This document shows, one piece after another, positions 15,201-28,255 of a stretch of 64,000 nucleotides of DNA; the stretch's first letter is position 1; each line of letters begins with the position of its first letter. Source of the DNA: Eledone cirrhosa (lineage: Eukaryota); assembly GCA_964016885.1 (NCBI GenBank), contig OZ024740.1, forward strand, positions 15,624,001-15,688,000, in the 5' to 3' direction. The notes beneath the pieces were generated by a model. That model searched no databases. It saw only the letters and a program-made list of their open reading frames with translations, and was not told where the DNA came from. A program made the translations under genes and the position numbers.

Positions 15201-18200
15201 GGTATGTGGGTGTCACACCAATACAGGCTATCGCTTGGCTGTTGGTGGGTATGTGGGTGTGACACCAATAGAGACTCTCTCTTGGCTGTTGGTGGGTATG
15301 TGGGTGTCACACCAGTAGACGCTTTCTCTTGGTTGTTGTGGGTATGTGGGTGTGACACCATTACAGGCTATCACTTGGCTGTTGGTGGGTCTGTGGGTGT
15401 GACATAAGTACAGGTAATCACTTGGCTGTTGGTGGGTATGTGGGTGTGACAACATTACAGGCTATCTCTTGACTGTTGGTGGGTATGTTGGTGTGACATC
15501 ATTACAGGTTATCACTTGGCTGTTGGTGGGTATGTGGGTGTGACACCATTACAGGCTATCTCTTGGTTGTTGTTGGGTATGTGGGTGTCACACCAATAGA
15601 GACTACCTCTTGGTTGTTGGTGGGAATGAGGGTGTCACACCAGTAGAGGCTATCTCTTAGCTGTTGGTGGGTATGTGTGTGTGACACCAGTACAGGCTAT
15701 CTCTCGGTTGTTGGTGGTTATGTGGTTGTGACACCATTAGAGACTATCTCTTGGTTGTTGGTGGGAATGAGGGTGTCACACCAGTAGAGGCTATCTCTTG
15801 GCTGTTGGTGGGTATGTGGGTGTAACACCAGTACAGGCTATCTCTTGGCTGTTGGTGTGTATGTGGATGTGACACCTTTACAGTCTATCTCTTGGTTGTT
15901 GGTGGGTATGTGGTTGTGACACCAATAGAGGCTATCTCTTGGCTGTTGGTGGGTATGTGGTTGTGACACCAATAGAGGCTATCTGTTGGCTGTTGGTGGG
16001 TATATGGGTGTGACACCAATAGGTACTCTGTCTTGGCTGTTAGTGGGTATGTGGGTATCACACCAGTAGACGCTATCTCTTGGTTGTTGGTGGGTATGTG
16101 GGTGTGACACCATTAGAGACTATCTCTTGGTTGTTGGTGAGAATGTGGGTGTGACACCATTACAGGCTATCTTTTGGCTGTTGGTGGGTATGTGGGTGTG
16201 ACACCGGTTAAGGCTATCTCTTGGCTGTTGGTGGATATGTGGGTGTGACACCAGTAGAGGCTATCTCTCAGTTGTTGGTGAGTATGTGTGTGTGACACCA
16301 GTAGAGGCTATCTCTTGGCTGTTGGTGGGTATGTGGGTGTGACACCAATAGAGGCTATCTCTTGGCTGTTGGTGGGTATGTGGGTGTGACACCATTACAG
16401 AATGTCTCTTGGTTGTTGGTGGGTATGTGGGTTTGACACCATTACAGGCTATCTCTTGGCTGTTGGTTGGTATGTGGGTGTGCCACCATCACAGGCTATC
16501 TCTTGGCTCTTGGTGGGTATGTGGGTGTGACACCAATAGAGGCTATCTTTTGGCTGTTGGTGGGTATGTGGGGGTGACACCAGTACAGGCTATTCCTTGG
16601 CTGTTGGTGGGTATGTGGGTTTCACACCAGTAGAGGCTATCTCTTGGCTGTTGGTGGGTATGTGGGTGTGACACCAGTACAGGCTATCTCTTGGCTGTTG
16701 GTGGGTATGTGAGTGTGATACAAGTACAGGCTATCTCTTGGTTGTTGTTGGGTATGTGGGTGTGACACCAGTAGAGGCTATCTCTTGGTTGTTGGTGGGT
16801 ATGTGGGTGTGTGACACCAGTACAGGCTATCTCTTTGTTGTTGGTGTGTATCTGGGTGTCACACCAATAGGGGCTATCTCTTGGCTGTTGGTGTGTATGT
16901 GGGTGTCACACCAATAGAGGCTATCTCTTGGTTGTTTTGGGGTATGTGGGGGTGACACTAGTAGAGGCTATCTCTTGGCTGTTGGTTGGTATGTGGGTGT
17001 GACAACAGTAGAGGCTATCTCTTGGCTTTTGGTGGGTATGTGGGTGTGACACCAATAGGGGCTATCTCTTGGCTACTGCTGGGTATGTGGGTGTGACACC
17101 ATTAGAAGCTATCTCTTGGCTTTTGGTGGGTATGTGGGTGTGACACCAATAGAGGCTATCTCTTGGCTGTTGGTGGGTATGTGGGTATGACACCAATAGA
17201 GGCTATCTCTTGGCTGTTGGTGGGTATGTGGGTGTCACACCAGTAGACGCTATCTCTTGGTTCTTGGTGGGTATGTGGGTGTGACACCAATAGAGGCTAT
17301 CTCTTGGCTGCTGGTGGGTATGTGGGTCTGACAACATTCCAGGCTATCTCTTGGTTGTGGGTGGGTATGTGGGTGTGACACCAGTAGAGGCTATATCTTG
17401 GCTGTTGGTGGGAATGTGGGTCTGACACCATTACAGGCTATCTCTTGGCTGCTGGTGGGTATGTGGGTGTGACACCAGTAGAGGCTATCTCTTGGCTGTT
17501 GGTGGGTATGTGGGTGTGACACCAGTAGAGACTTTCTCTTGACTGTTGGTGGGTATGTGGGTGTGACACCAGTAGAGGTTATCTCTTGGCTGTTGGTGGG
17601 TATGTGGGTGTGACACCAGTACTGGCTATCTCTTGGCTGCTGGTGGGTATGTGGGTGTCACACCAATAGAGGCTATCTCTTGGCTGTTGGTGGGTATGTG
17701 GGTGTGACACCAGTAGAGGTTATCTCTTGGCTGTTGGTGGGTATGTGGGTGTGACACCAGTACAGGCTATCTCTTGGTTGTTGGTGGGTATGAGGGTGTC
17801 TCACCAGTAGAGGCTATCTCTTGGTTGTTGGTGGGTATGTGGGTGTGACACCAGTACAGGCTATCTCTTGGTTTTGGGTGGGTATGTGGGTGTGACGCCA
17901 GTACAGGCTATCTCTTGGTTGTTGGTGGGTATTTCGGTGTCACACCAATAGAGGCTATCTCTTGGCTGTTGCTGGGTATGTGGGTGTGACACCATTACAG
18001 GCTATCTCTTGGTTGTTGGTGGGTATGTGAGTGTCACACCAATATAGGCTATCTCTTGGTTGTTGGTGGGTATTTGGGTGTGACACCAGCAGAGGCTATC
18101 TCTTGGCTGTTGGTGGGTACTTGGGTGTGACACCATTACAGGCTATCTCTTGGCTGTTGGTGTGTATGTGGATGTGACACCATTACAGGCTATCTCTTGG

Positions 18201-19249
18201 TTGTTGGTGGGTATGTGGGTGTGACACCAGTAGAGGCTATCTCTTGGCTGTTGGTGGGTATGTGGGTCTGACACCATTACAGGCTATCTCTTAGCTGCTG
18301 GTGGGTATGTGGGTGTGACACCAGTAGAGGCTATCTCTTGGCTGTTGGTGGGTATGTGGGTGTGACCCCAGAAGAGACTTTCTCTTGACTGTTGGTGGGT
18401 ATGTGGGTGTGACAACAGTAGAGGTTATCTCTTGGCTGTAAGTGGGTATGTGGGTGTGAGACCATTACAGGCTATCTCTTGGTTGTTGGTGGGTATGGTG
18501 GTGTCTCACCAGTAGAGGCTATCTCTTGGTTGTTGGTGGGTATGTGGGTGTGACACCAGTACAGGCTATCTCTTGGTTTTTGGTGGGTATTTCGGTGTCA
18601 CACCAATAGAGGCTATCTCTTGGCTGTTGGTGGGTATGTGGGTGTGACACCATTACAGGCTATCTCTTGGTTGTTGGTGGGTATGTGAGTGTCACACCAA
18701 TATAGGCTATCTCTTGGTTGTTGGTGGGTATTTGGGTGTGACACCAGCAGAGGCTATCTCTTGGCTGTTGGTGGGTACTTGGGTGTGACACCATTACAGG
18801 CTATCTCTTGCCTGTTGGTGTGTATGTGGATGTGACACCTTTACAGTCTATCTCTTGGTTGTTGGTGGGTATGTGGTTGTGACACCAATAGAGGCTATCT
18901 CTTGGCTGTTGGTGGGTATGTGGTTGTGACACCAATAGAGGCTATCTGTTGGCTGTTGGTGGGTATATGGGTGTGACACCAATAGGTACTCTGTCTTGGC
19001 TGTTAGTGGGTATGTTGGTATCACACCAGTAGACGCTATCTCTTGGTTGTTGGTGGGTATGTGGGTGTGACACCATTAGAGACTATCTCTTGGTTGTTGG
19101 TGAGAATGTGGGTGTGACACCATTACAGGCTATCTTTTGGCTGTTGGTGGGTATGTGGGTGTGACACCGGTTAAGGCTATCTCTTGGCTGTTGGTGGATA
19201 TGTGGGTGTGACACCAGTAGAGGCTATCTCTCAGTTGTTGGTGAGTATG

Positions 19250-22200
19250 TGTGTGTGACACCAGTAGAGGCTATCTCTTGGCTGTTGGTGGGTATGTGGG
19301 TGTGACACCAATATAGGCTATCTCTTGGCTGTTGGTGGGTATGTGGGTGTGACACCAGTACAGGCTTTTCCTTGGTTGTTGGTGGGTATTTGGGTGTCAC
19401 ACTAGTACAGGCTATCTCTTGGTTGTTGGTGGTTATGTGGGCGTGACACCAGTACAGGCTATCTCTTGGTTGTTGGTGGGTATGTGGGTGTGACGCCAAT
19501 AGAGACTTTCTCTTGGCTGTTGGTGGGTATGTGGGTGTGACACCAGTACAGGCTATTCCTTGGTTGTTGGTGGGTATGTGGGTGTGACGCCAATAGAGGC
19601 TATCTCTTGGCTGTTGGTGGTTATGTGGGTGTGACACCATTACAGGCTGTCTCTTGGTTGTTGGTGGGTATGTGGGTTTGACACCATTACAGGCTATCTC
19701 TTGGCTGTTGGTGGGTATGTGGGTGTGACACCAATAGAGGCTATCTCTTGGCTGTTGGTGGGTATGTGGGTGTGACACCAGTACAGGCTATTCCTTGGCT
19801 GTTGGTGGGTATGTGGGTTTTACACCAGTAGAGGCTATCTCTTGGCTGTTGGTGGGTATGTGAGTGTAATACAAGTACAGGCTATCTCTTGGTTGTTGGT
19901 GTGTATGTGGGTGTCACACCAATAGGGGCTATCTCTTGGCTGTTGGTGTGTATGTGGGTGTCACACCAATAGAGGCTATCTCTTGGTTGTTTTTGGGTAT
20001 GTGGGGGTGACACTAGTAGAGGCTATCTCTTGGCTGTTGGTTGGTATGTGGGTGTGACACCAATAGAGGCTATCTCTTGGCTGTTGGTGGGTATGTGGGT
20101 TTCACACCAGTAGAGGCTATCTCTTGGTTGTTGGTGGGTATGTGGGTGTGACAACAGTAGAGGATATCTCTTGGCTTTTGGTGGGTATGTGGGTGTGACA
20201 CCAATAGGGGCTATCTCTTGGCTACTGCTTGGTATGTGGGTGAGACACCATTAGAGGCTATCTCTTGGCTTTTGGTGGGTATGTGGGAGTGACACCAATA
20301 GAGGCTATCTCTTGGCTGTTGGTGGGTATGTGGGTATGACACCAATAGAGGCTATCTCTTGGCTGTTGGTGGGTATGTGTGTGTCACACCAGTAGACGCT
20401 ATCTCTTGGTTCTTGGTGGGTATGTGGGTGTGACACCAATAGAGGCTATCTCTTGGCTGCTGGTGGGTATGTGGGTCTGACACCATTACAGGCTATCTCT
20501 TGGTTGTGGGTGGGTATGTGGGTGTGACACCAGTAGAGGCTATATCTTGACTGCTGGTGGGTATGTGGTTCTGACACCATTACAGGCTATCTCTTGGTTG
20601 TTGGTGGGTATGTGGGTGTGACACCAGTAGAGGCTATCTCTTGGCTGTTGGTGGGTATGTGTGTCTGACACCATTACAGGCTATCTCTTGGCTGCTGGTG
20701 GGTATGTGGGTGTGACACCAGTAGAGGCTATCTCTTGGCTGTTGGTGGGTATGTGGGTGTGACCCCAGTAGAGACTTTCTCTTGACTGTTGGTGGGTATG
20801 TGGGTGTGACACCAGTAGAGGTTATCTCTTGGCTGTTGGTGGGTATGTGGGTCTCACACCAATAGAGGCTATCTCTTGGCTGTTGGTGGGTATGTGGGTG
20901 TGACACCAGTAGAGGTTATCTCTTGGCTGTTGGTGGGTATGTGGGTGTGACACCAGTACAGGCTATTCCTTGGTTGTTGGTGGGTATTTGGGTGTCACAC
21001 TAGTACAGGCTATCTCTTGGTTGTTGGTGGTTATGTGGGAGTGACACCAGTACAGGCTATCTCTTGGTTGTTGGTGGGTATGTGGGTGTGACGCCAATAG
21101 AGACTATCTCTTGGCTGTTGGTGGGTATGTGGGTGTGACACCAGTACAGGCTATTCCTTGGTTGTTGGTGGGTATTTGGGTGTCACACTAGTACAGGCTA
21201 TCTCTTGGTTGTTGGTGGTTATGTGGGAGTGACACCAGTACAGGCTATCTCTTGGTTGTTGGTGGGTATGTGGGTGTGACACCAGTACAGGCTATCTCTT
21301 GGTTTTTGGTGGGTATGTGGATGTGACGCCAATATAGGCTATCTCTTGGCTGTTGGTGGGTATGTGGGTGTGACACCAGTACAGGCTTTTCCTTGGTTGT
21401 TGGTGGGTATTTGGGTGTCACACTAGTACAGGCTATCTCTTGGTTGTTGGTGGTTATGTGGGTGTGACACCAGTACAGGCTATCTCTTGGTTGTTGGTGG
21501 GTATGTGGGTGTGACGCCAATAGAGACTTTCTCTTGGCTGTTGGTGGGTATGTGGGTGTGACACCAGTACAGGCTATTCCTTGGTTGTTGGTGGGTATGT
21601 GGGTGTGACGCCAATAGAGGCTATCTCTTGGCTGTTGGTGGTTATGTGGGTGTGACACCATTACAGGCTGTCTCTTGGTTGTTGGTGGGTATGTGGGTTT
21701 GACACCATTACAGGCTATCTCTTGGCTGTTGGTGGGTATGTGGGTGTGACACCAATAGAGGCTATCTCTTGGCTGTTGGTGGGTATGTGGGGGTGACACC
21801 AGTACAGGCTATTCCTTGGCTGTTGGTGGGTATGTGGGTTTTACACCAGTAGAGGCTATCTCTTGGCTGTTGGTGGGTATGTGAGTGTAATACAAGTACA
21901 GGCTATCTCTTGGTTGTTGGTGTGTATGTGGGTGTCACACCAATAGGGGCTATCTCTTGGCTGTTGGTGTGTATGTGGGTGTCACACCAATAGAGGCTAT
22001 CTCTTGGTTGTTTTTGGGTATGTGGGGGTGACACTAGTAGAGGCTATCTCTTGGCTGTTGGTTGGTATGTGGGTGTGACACCAATAGAGGCTATCTCTTG
22101 GCTGTTGGTGGGTATGTGGGTTTCACACCAGTAGAGGCTATCTCTTGGTTGTTGGTGGGTATGTGGGTGTGACAACAGTAGAGGCTATCTCTTGGCTTTT

Positions 22201-23300
22201 GGTGGGTATGTGGGTGTGACACCAATAGGGGCTATCTCTTGGCTACTGCTTGGTATGTGGGTGAGACACCATTAGAGGCTATCTCTTGGCTTTTGGTGGG
22301 TATGTGGGAGTGACACCAATAGAGGCTATCTCTTGGCTGTTGGTGGGTATGTGGGTATGACACCAATAGAGGCTATCCCTTGGCTGTTGGTGGGTATGTG
22401 TGTGTCACACCAGTAGACGCTATCTCTTGGTTCTTGGTGGGTATGTGGGTGTGACACCAATAGAGGCTATCTCTTGGCTGCTGGTGGGTATGTGGGTCTG
22501 ACACCATTACAGGCTATCTCTTGGTTGTGGGTGGGTATGTGGGTGTGACACCAGTAGAGGCTATATCTTGGCTTCTGGTGGGTATGTGGGTCTGACACCA
22601 TTACAGGCTATCTCTTGGTTGTTGGTGGGTATGTGGGTGTGACACCAGTAGAGGCTATCTCTTGGCTGTTGGTGGGTATGTGGGTCTGACACCATTACAG
22701 GCTATCTCTTGGCTGCTGGTGGGTATGTGGGTGTGACACCAGTAGAGGCTATCTCTTGGCTGTTGGTGGGTATGTGGGTGTGACCCCAGTAGAGACTTTC
22801 TCTTGACTGTTGGTGGGTATGTGGGTGTGACACCAGTAGAGGTTATCTCTTGGCTGTTGGTGGGTATGTGGGTGTCACACCAATAGAGGCTATCTCTTGG
22901 CTGTTGGTGGGTATGTGGGTGTGACACCAGTAGAGGTTATCTCTTGGCTGTTGGTGGGTATGTGGGTGTGACACCAGTACAGGCTATTCCTTGGTTGTTG
23001 GTGGGTATTTGGGTGTCACACTAGTACAGGCTATCTCTTGGTTGTTGGTGGTTATGTGGGAGTGACACCAGTACAGGCTATCTCTTGGTTGTTGGTGGGT
23101 ATGTGGGTGTGACGCCAATAGAGACTATCTCTTGGCTGTTGGTGGGTATGTGGGTGTGACACCAGTACAGGCTATTCCTTGGTTGTTGGTGGGTATTTTG
23201 GTGTCACACTAGTACAGGCTATCTCTTGGTTGTTGGTGGTTATGTGGGAGTGACACCAGTACAGGCTATCTCTTGGTTGTTGGTGGGTATGTGGGTGTGA
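19250..23300 (+). repeat. 2021-bp (43-monomer) higher-order duplication
   Basis: ORF-track pairs 19224/21245 and 20634/22655 are offset by 2021 = 43 x 47. Boundaries are approximate. Confidence 0.88.
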
Positions 23301-26300
23301 CACCAGTACAGGCTATCTCTTGGTTTTTGGTGGGTATGTGGATGTGACGCCAATAGAGGCTATCTCTTGGCTGTTGGTGGTTATGTGGGTGTGACACCAT
23401 TACAGGCTGTCTCTTGGTTGTTGGTGGGTATGTGGGTTTGACACCATTACAGGCTATCTCTTGGCTGTTGGTTGGTATGTGGGTGTGCCACCATCACAGG
23501 CTATCTCTTGGCTCTTGTTGGGTATGTGGGTGTGACACCAATAGAGGCTATCTCTTGGCTGTTGGTGGGTATGTGGGGGTGACACCAGTACAGGCTATTC
23601 CTTGGCTGTTGGTGGGTATGTGGGTTTCACACCAGTAGAGGCTATCTCTTGGCTGTTGGTGGGTATGTGGGTGTGACACCAGTACAGGCTATCTCTTGGC
23701 TGTTGGTGGGTATGTGAGTGTGATACAAGTACAGGCTATCTCTTGGTTGTTGTTGGGTATGTGGGTGTGACACCAGTAGAGGCTATCTCTTGGTTGTTGG
23801 TGGGTATGTGTGTGTGTGACACCAGTACAGGCTATCTCTTTGTTGTTGGTGTGTATGTGGGTGTCACACCAATAGGGGCTATCTCTTGTCTGTTGGTGTG
23901 TATGTGGGTGTCACACCAATAGAGGCTATCTCTTGGTTGTTTTTGGGTATGTGGGGGTGACACTAGTAGAGGCTATCTCTTGGCTGTTGGTTGGTATGTG
24001 GGTGTGACACCAATAGAGGCTATCTCTTGGCTGTTGGTGGGTATGTGGGTTTCACACCAGTAGAGGCTATCTCTTGGTTGTTGGTGGGTATGTGGGTGTG
24101 ACAACAGTAGAGGCTATCTCTTGGCTTTTGGTGGGTATGTGGGTGTGACACCAATAGGGGCTATCTCTTGGCTACTGCTGGGTATGTGGGTGTGACACCA
24201 TTAGAGGCTATCTCTTGGCTTTTGGTGGGTATGTGGGTGTGACACCAATAGAGGCTGTCTCTTGGCTGTTGGTGGGTATGTGGGTATGACATCAATGGAG
24301 GCTATCTCTTGGCTGTTGGTGGGTATGTGGGTTTCACACCAGTAGAGGCTATCTCTTGGTTGTTGGTGGGTATGTGGCTGTGACACCAATAGAGGCTATC
24401 TCTTGGCTGTTGGTGGCTATGTGTGTGTGACACCAATAGAGGCTATCTCTTGGCTGTTGGTGGGTATGTGGGTGTCACTCTAGTAGAGGCTATCTCTTGG
24501 CTGTTGGTGGGTATGTGGCTGTGACACCAAAAGAGGCTATATCTTGGCTGTTGGTGGGTATGTGGGCGTCACACTAGTAGAGGCTATATCTTGGCTGTTG
24601 GTGGGTATGTGGCTGTGACACCAATAGAGGCTATCTCTTGGCTGTTGGTGGGTATGTGGGTGTCACACTAGTAGACGCTATCTCATGGCTGCTGGTGCGT
24701 ATGTGGGTGTGACACCATTACAGGCTATCTCTTGGCTGTTGGTGGGTATGTGGGTGTGACACCATTACAGGCTATCTCTTGGCTGTTGGTGGGTATGTGG
24801 GTGTGACACCAATAGAGGCTATCTCTTGGCTGTTGGTGGGTATGTGGGGGTGACACCAGTACAGGCTATTCCTTGGCTGTTGGTGGGTATGTGGGTTTTA
24901 CACCAGTAGAGGCTATCTCTTGGCTGTTGGTGGGTATGTGAGTGTAATACAAGTACAGGCTATCTCTTGGTTGTTGGTGTGTATGTGGGTGTCACACCAA
25001 TAGGGGCTATCTCTTGGCTGTTGGTGTGTATGTGGGTGTCACACCAATAGAGGCTATCTCTTGGTTGTTTTTGGGTATGTGGGGGTGACACTAGTAGAGG
25101 CTATCTCTTGGCTGTTGGTTGGTATGTGGGTGTGACACCAATAGAGGCTATCTCTTGGCTGTTGGTGGGTATGTGGGTTTCACACCAGTAGAGGCTATCT
25201 CTTGGTTGTTGGTGGGTATGTGGGTGTGACAACAGTAGAGGCTATCTCTTGGCTTTTGGTGGGTATGTGGGTGTGACACCAATAGGGGCTATCTCTTGGC
25301 TACTGCTTGGTATGTGGGTGAGACACCATTAGAGGCTATCTCTTGGCTTTTGGTGGGTATGTGGGAGTGACACCAATAGAGGCTATCTCTTGGCTGTTGG
25401 TGGGTATGTGGGTATGACACTAATAGAGGCTATCCCTTGGCTGTTGGTGGGTATGTGTGTGTCACACCAGTAGACGCTATCTCTTGGTTCTTGGTGGGTA
25501 TGTGGGTGTGACACCAATAGAGGCTATCTCTTGGCTGCTGGTGGGTATGTGGGTCTGACACCATTACAGGCTATCTCTTGGTTGTGGGTGGGTATGTGGG
25601 TGTGACACCAGTAGAGGCTATATCTTGGCTTCTGGTGGGTATGTGGGTCTGACACCATTACAGGCTATCTCTTGGTTGTTGGTGGGTATGTGGGTGTGAC
25701 ACCAGTAGAGGCTATCTCTTGGCTGTTGGTGGGTATGTGGGTCTGACACCATTACAGGCTATCTCTTGGCTGCTGGTGGGTATGTGGGTGTGACACCAGT
25801 AGAGGCTATCTCTTGGCTGTTGGTGGGTATGTGGGTGTGACCCCAGTAGAGACTTTCTCTTGACTGTTGGTGGGTATGTGGGTGTGACACCAGTAGAGGT
25901 TATCTCTTGGCTGTTGGTGGGTATGTGGGTGTCACACCAATAGAGGCTATCTCTTGGCTGTTGGTGGGTATGTGGGTGTGACACCAGTAGAGGTTATCTC
26001 TTGGCTGTTGGTGGGTATGTGGGTGTGACACCAGTACAGGCTATTCCTTGGTTGTTGGTGGGTATTTGGGTGTCACACTAGTACAGGCTATCTCTTGGTT
26101 GTTGGTGGTTATGTGGGAGTGACACCAGTACAGGCTATCTCTTGGTTGTTGGTGGGTATGTGGGTGTGACGCCAATAGAGACTATCTCTTGGCTGTTGGT
26201 GGGTATGTGGGTGTGACACCAGTACAGGCTATTCCTTGGTTGTTGGTGGGTATTTTGGTGTCACACTAGTACAGGCTATCTCTTGGTTGTTGGTGGTTAT

Positions 26301-27790
26301 GTGGGAGTGACACCAGTACAGGCTATCTCTTGGTTTTTGGTGGGTATGTGGATGTGACGCCAATAGAGGCTATCTCTTGGCTGTTGGTGGTTATGTGGGT
26401 GTGACACCATTACAGGCTGTCTCTTGGTTGTTGGTGGGTATGTGGGTTTGACACCATTACAGGCTATCTCTTGGCTGTTGGTTGGTATGTGGGTGTGCCA
26501 CCATCACAGGCTATCTCTTGGCTCTTGTTGGGTATGTGGGTGTGACACCAATAGAGGCTATCTCTTGGCTGTTGGTGGGTATGTGGGGGTGACACCAGTA
26601 CAGGCTATTCCTTGGCTGTTGGTGGGTATGTGGGTTTCACACCAGTAGAGGCTATCTCTTGGCTGTTGGTGGGTATGTGGGTGTGACACCAGTACAGGCT
26701 ATCTCTTGGCTGTTGGTGGGTATGTGAGTGTGATACAAGTACAGGCTATCTCTTGGTTGTTGTTGGGTATGTGGGTGTGACACCAGTAGAGGCTATCTCT
26801 TGGTTGTTGGTGGGTATGTGTGTGTGTGACACCAGTACAGGCTATCTCTTTGTTGTTGGTGTGTATGTGGGTGTCACACCAATAGGGGCTATCTCTTGTC
26901 TGTTGGTGTGTATGTGGGTGTCACACCAATAGAGGCTATCTCTTGGTTGTTTTTGGGTATGTGGGGGTGACACTAGTAGAGGCTATCTCTTGGCTGTTGG
27001 TTGGTATGTGGGTGTGACACCAATAGAGGCTATCTCTTGGCTGTTGGTGGGTATGTGGGTTTCACACCAGTAGAGGCTATCTCTTGGTTGTTGGTGGGTA
27101 TGTGGGTGTGACAACAGTAGAGGCTATCTCTTGGCTTTTGGTGGGTATGTGGGTGTGACACCAATAGGGGCTATCTCTTGGCTACTGCTGGGTATGTGGG
27201 TGTGACACCATTAGAGGCTATCTCTTGGCTTTTGGTGGGTATGTGGGTGTGACACCAATAGAGGCTGTCTCTTGGCTGTTGGTGGGTATGTGGGTATGAC
27301 ATCAATGGAGGCTATCTCTTGGCTGTTGGTGGGTATGTGGGTTTCACACCAGTAGAGGCTATCTCTTGGTTGTTGGTGGGTATGTGGCTGTGACACCAAT
27401 AGAGGCTATCTCTTGGCTGTTGGTGGCTATGTGTGTGTGACACCAATAGAGGCTATCTCTTGGCTGTTGGTGGGTATGTGGGTGTCACTCTAGTAGAGGC
27501 TATCTCTTGGCTGTTGGTGGGTATGTGGCTGTGACACCAAAAGAGGCTATATCTTGGCTGTTGGTGGGTATGTGGGCGTCACACTAGTAGAGGCTATATC
27601 TTGGCTGTTGGTGGGTATGTGGCTGTGACACCAATAGAGGCTATCTCTTGGCTGTTGGTGGGTATGTGGGTGTCACACTAGTAGACGCTATCTCATGGCT
27701 GCTGGTGCGTATGTGGGTGTGACACCATTACAGGCTATCTCTTGGCTGTTGGTGGGTATGTGGGTGTGACACCATTACAGGCTATCTCTT
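21720..27790 (+). repeat. Terminal ~3.0-kb higher-order duplication (offset 3057, then 3010 bp)
   Basis: Marker pairs 21784/24841 and 22655/25712 are offset by 3057. Pairs 23414/26424, 24201/27211 and 24661/27671 are offset by 3010. The difference is exactly one 47-bp monomer. Confidence 0.92.
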
Positions 27791-27914
27791 GGCTGTTGTT
27801 GGGTATGTGGGTGTGACACCATTACAGGCTATCTCCTCGCCCCAGTCGACGTGTATACATTTGTATGTATGAGTTGAAAATAGCAACTTTTCCCTCTTTC
27901 CCCTTTGTTTTCCT

Positions 27915-28255
27915 CTACTGCCTCAGCCTCTGTCGCTCTTCCCATTTCTGACTACTGTAAGCAAGTAGGGTCCCACTCTTTGGCCTCTGCGCCACCCCGA
28001 AGAACAGAATAGAGAAGGCGTGTCCATAAAATATGGTGGTGGGAGATGTGTTGGAAAAGCCATTCTAGTTCGCGAGGCTCACACCTGCGGGTAGCCACCT
28101 CTGTGCCCATGGTGGTGTGTAGGGAGGTAGTTCTAGGGCCAAGAACACCAGAAGTCTCCACTGCCACGAACTCGACTGCAAACCTGTCTGGAGAACGACC
28201 AATATTTGGAGAATTTCCTCTCCTCGGCCCGAAAGGCAACAGAGCCTGGATTAGT
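27915..28255 (-). mobile_element. Degenerate 3' fragment of a non-LTR retrotransposon with a restriction-like endonuclease (CRE-like clade); two frameshifts
   Basis: Manual minus-strand translation across frames gives NPGSVAFRAEERKFSKY / DRFAVEFVAVETSGVLGPRTTSLHTTMGTEVATRRCEPRELEWLFQHIS / TIFYGHAFSIL. This follows the remembered C-terminal pattern of CRE-type RLE domains (G-AA--AE-RK--KY...F-P-AVET-G--G...EPRE--L-QRIS-AI-RGNA-SIL). The reconstructed frame stops at 27915. Confidence 0.8.

Larger units (their letters stand above)
1..27835 (+). repeat. 47-bp tandem satellite array; consensus GGCTATCTCTTGGCTGTTGGTGGGTATGTGGGTGTGACACCAGTAGA; about 590 monomers; continues beyond the window start
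   Basis: Head-to-tail monomers in one orientation throughout. Recurrent variants are CAGTAGA/CAATAGA/CATTACA/CAGTACA, GGCTG/GGTTG and GTGAC/GTCAC. The array ends at ...ACAGGCTATCTC|CTCGCC (27835). Confidence 0.99.

Noticed and set aside
65-27399. Many 60-184 aa ORFs (GYLLAVGGYVGVTP / SHPHTHQQPRDSLYWC types)
   Set aside because: These are translations of a 47-bp unit, which is not a multiple of 3. The same peptides appear in all frames with frequent stops, so there is no frame preservation.
1-27835. CRISPR array (47-bp repeat with internal dyad)
   Set aside because: Repeats are contiguous with no unique spacers, there are no cas genes, and the context is eukaryotic.
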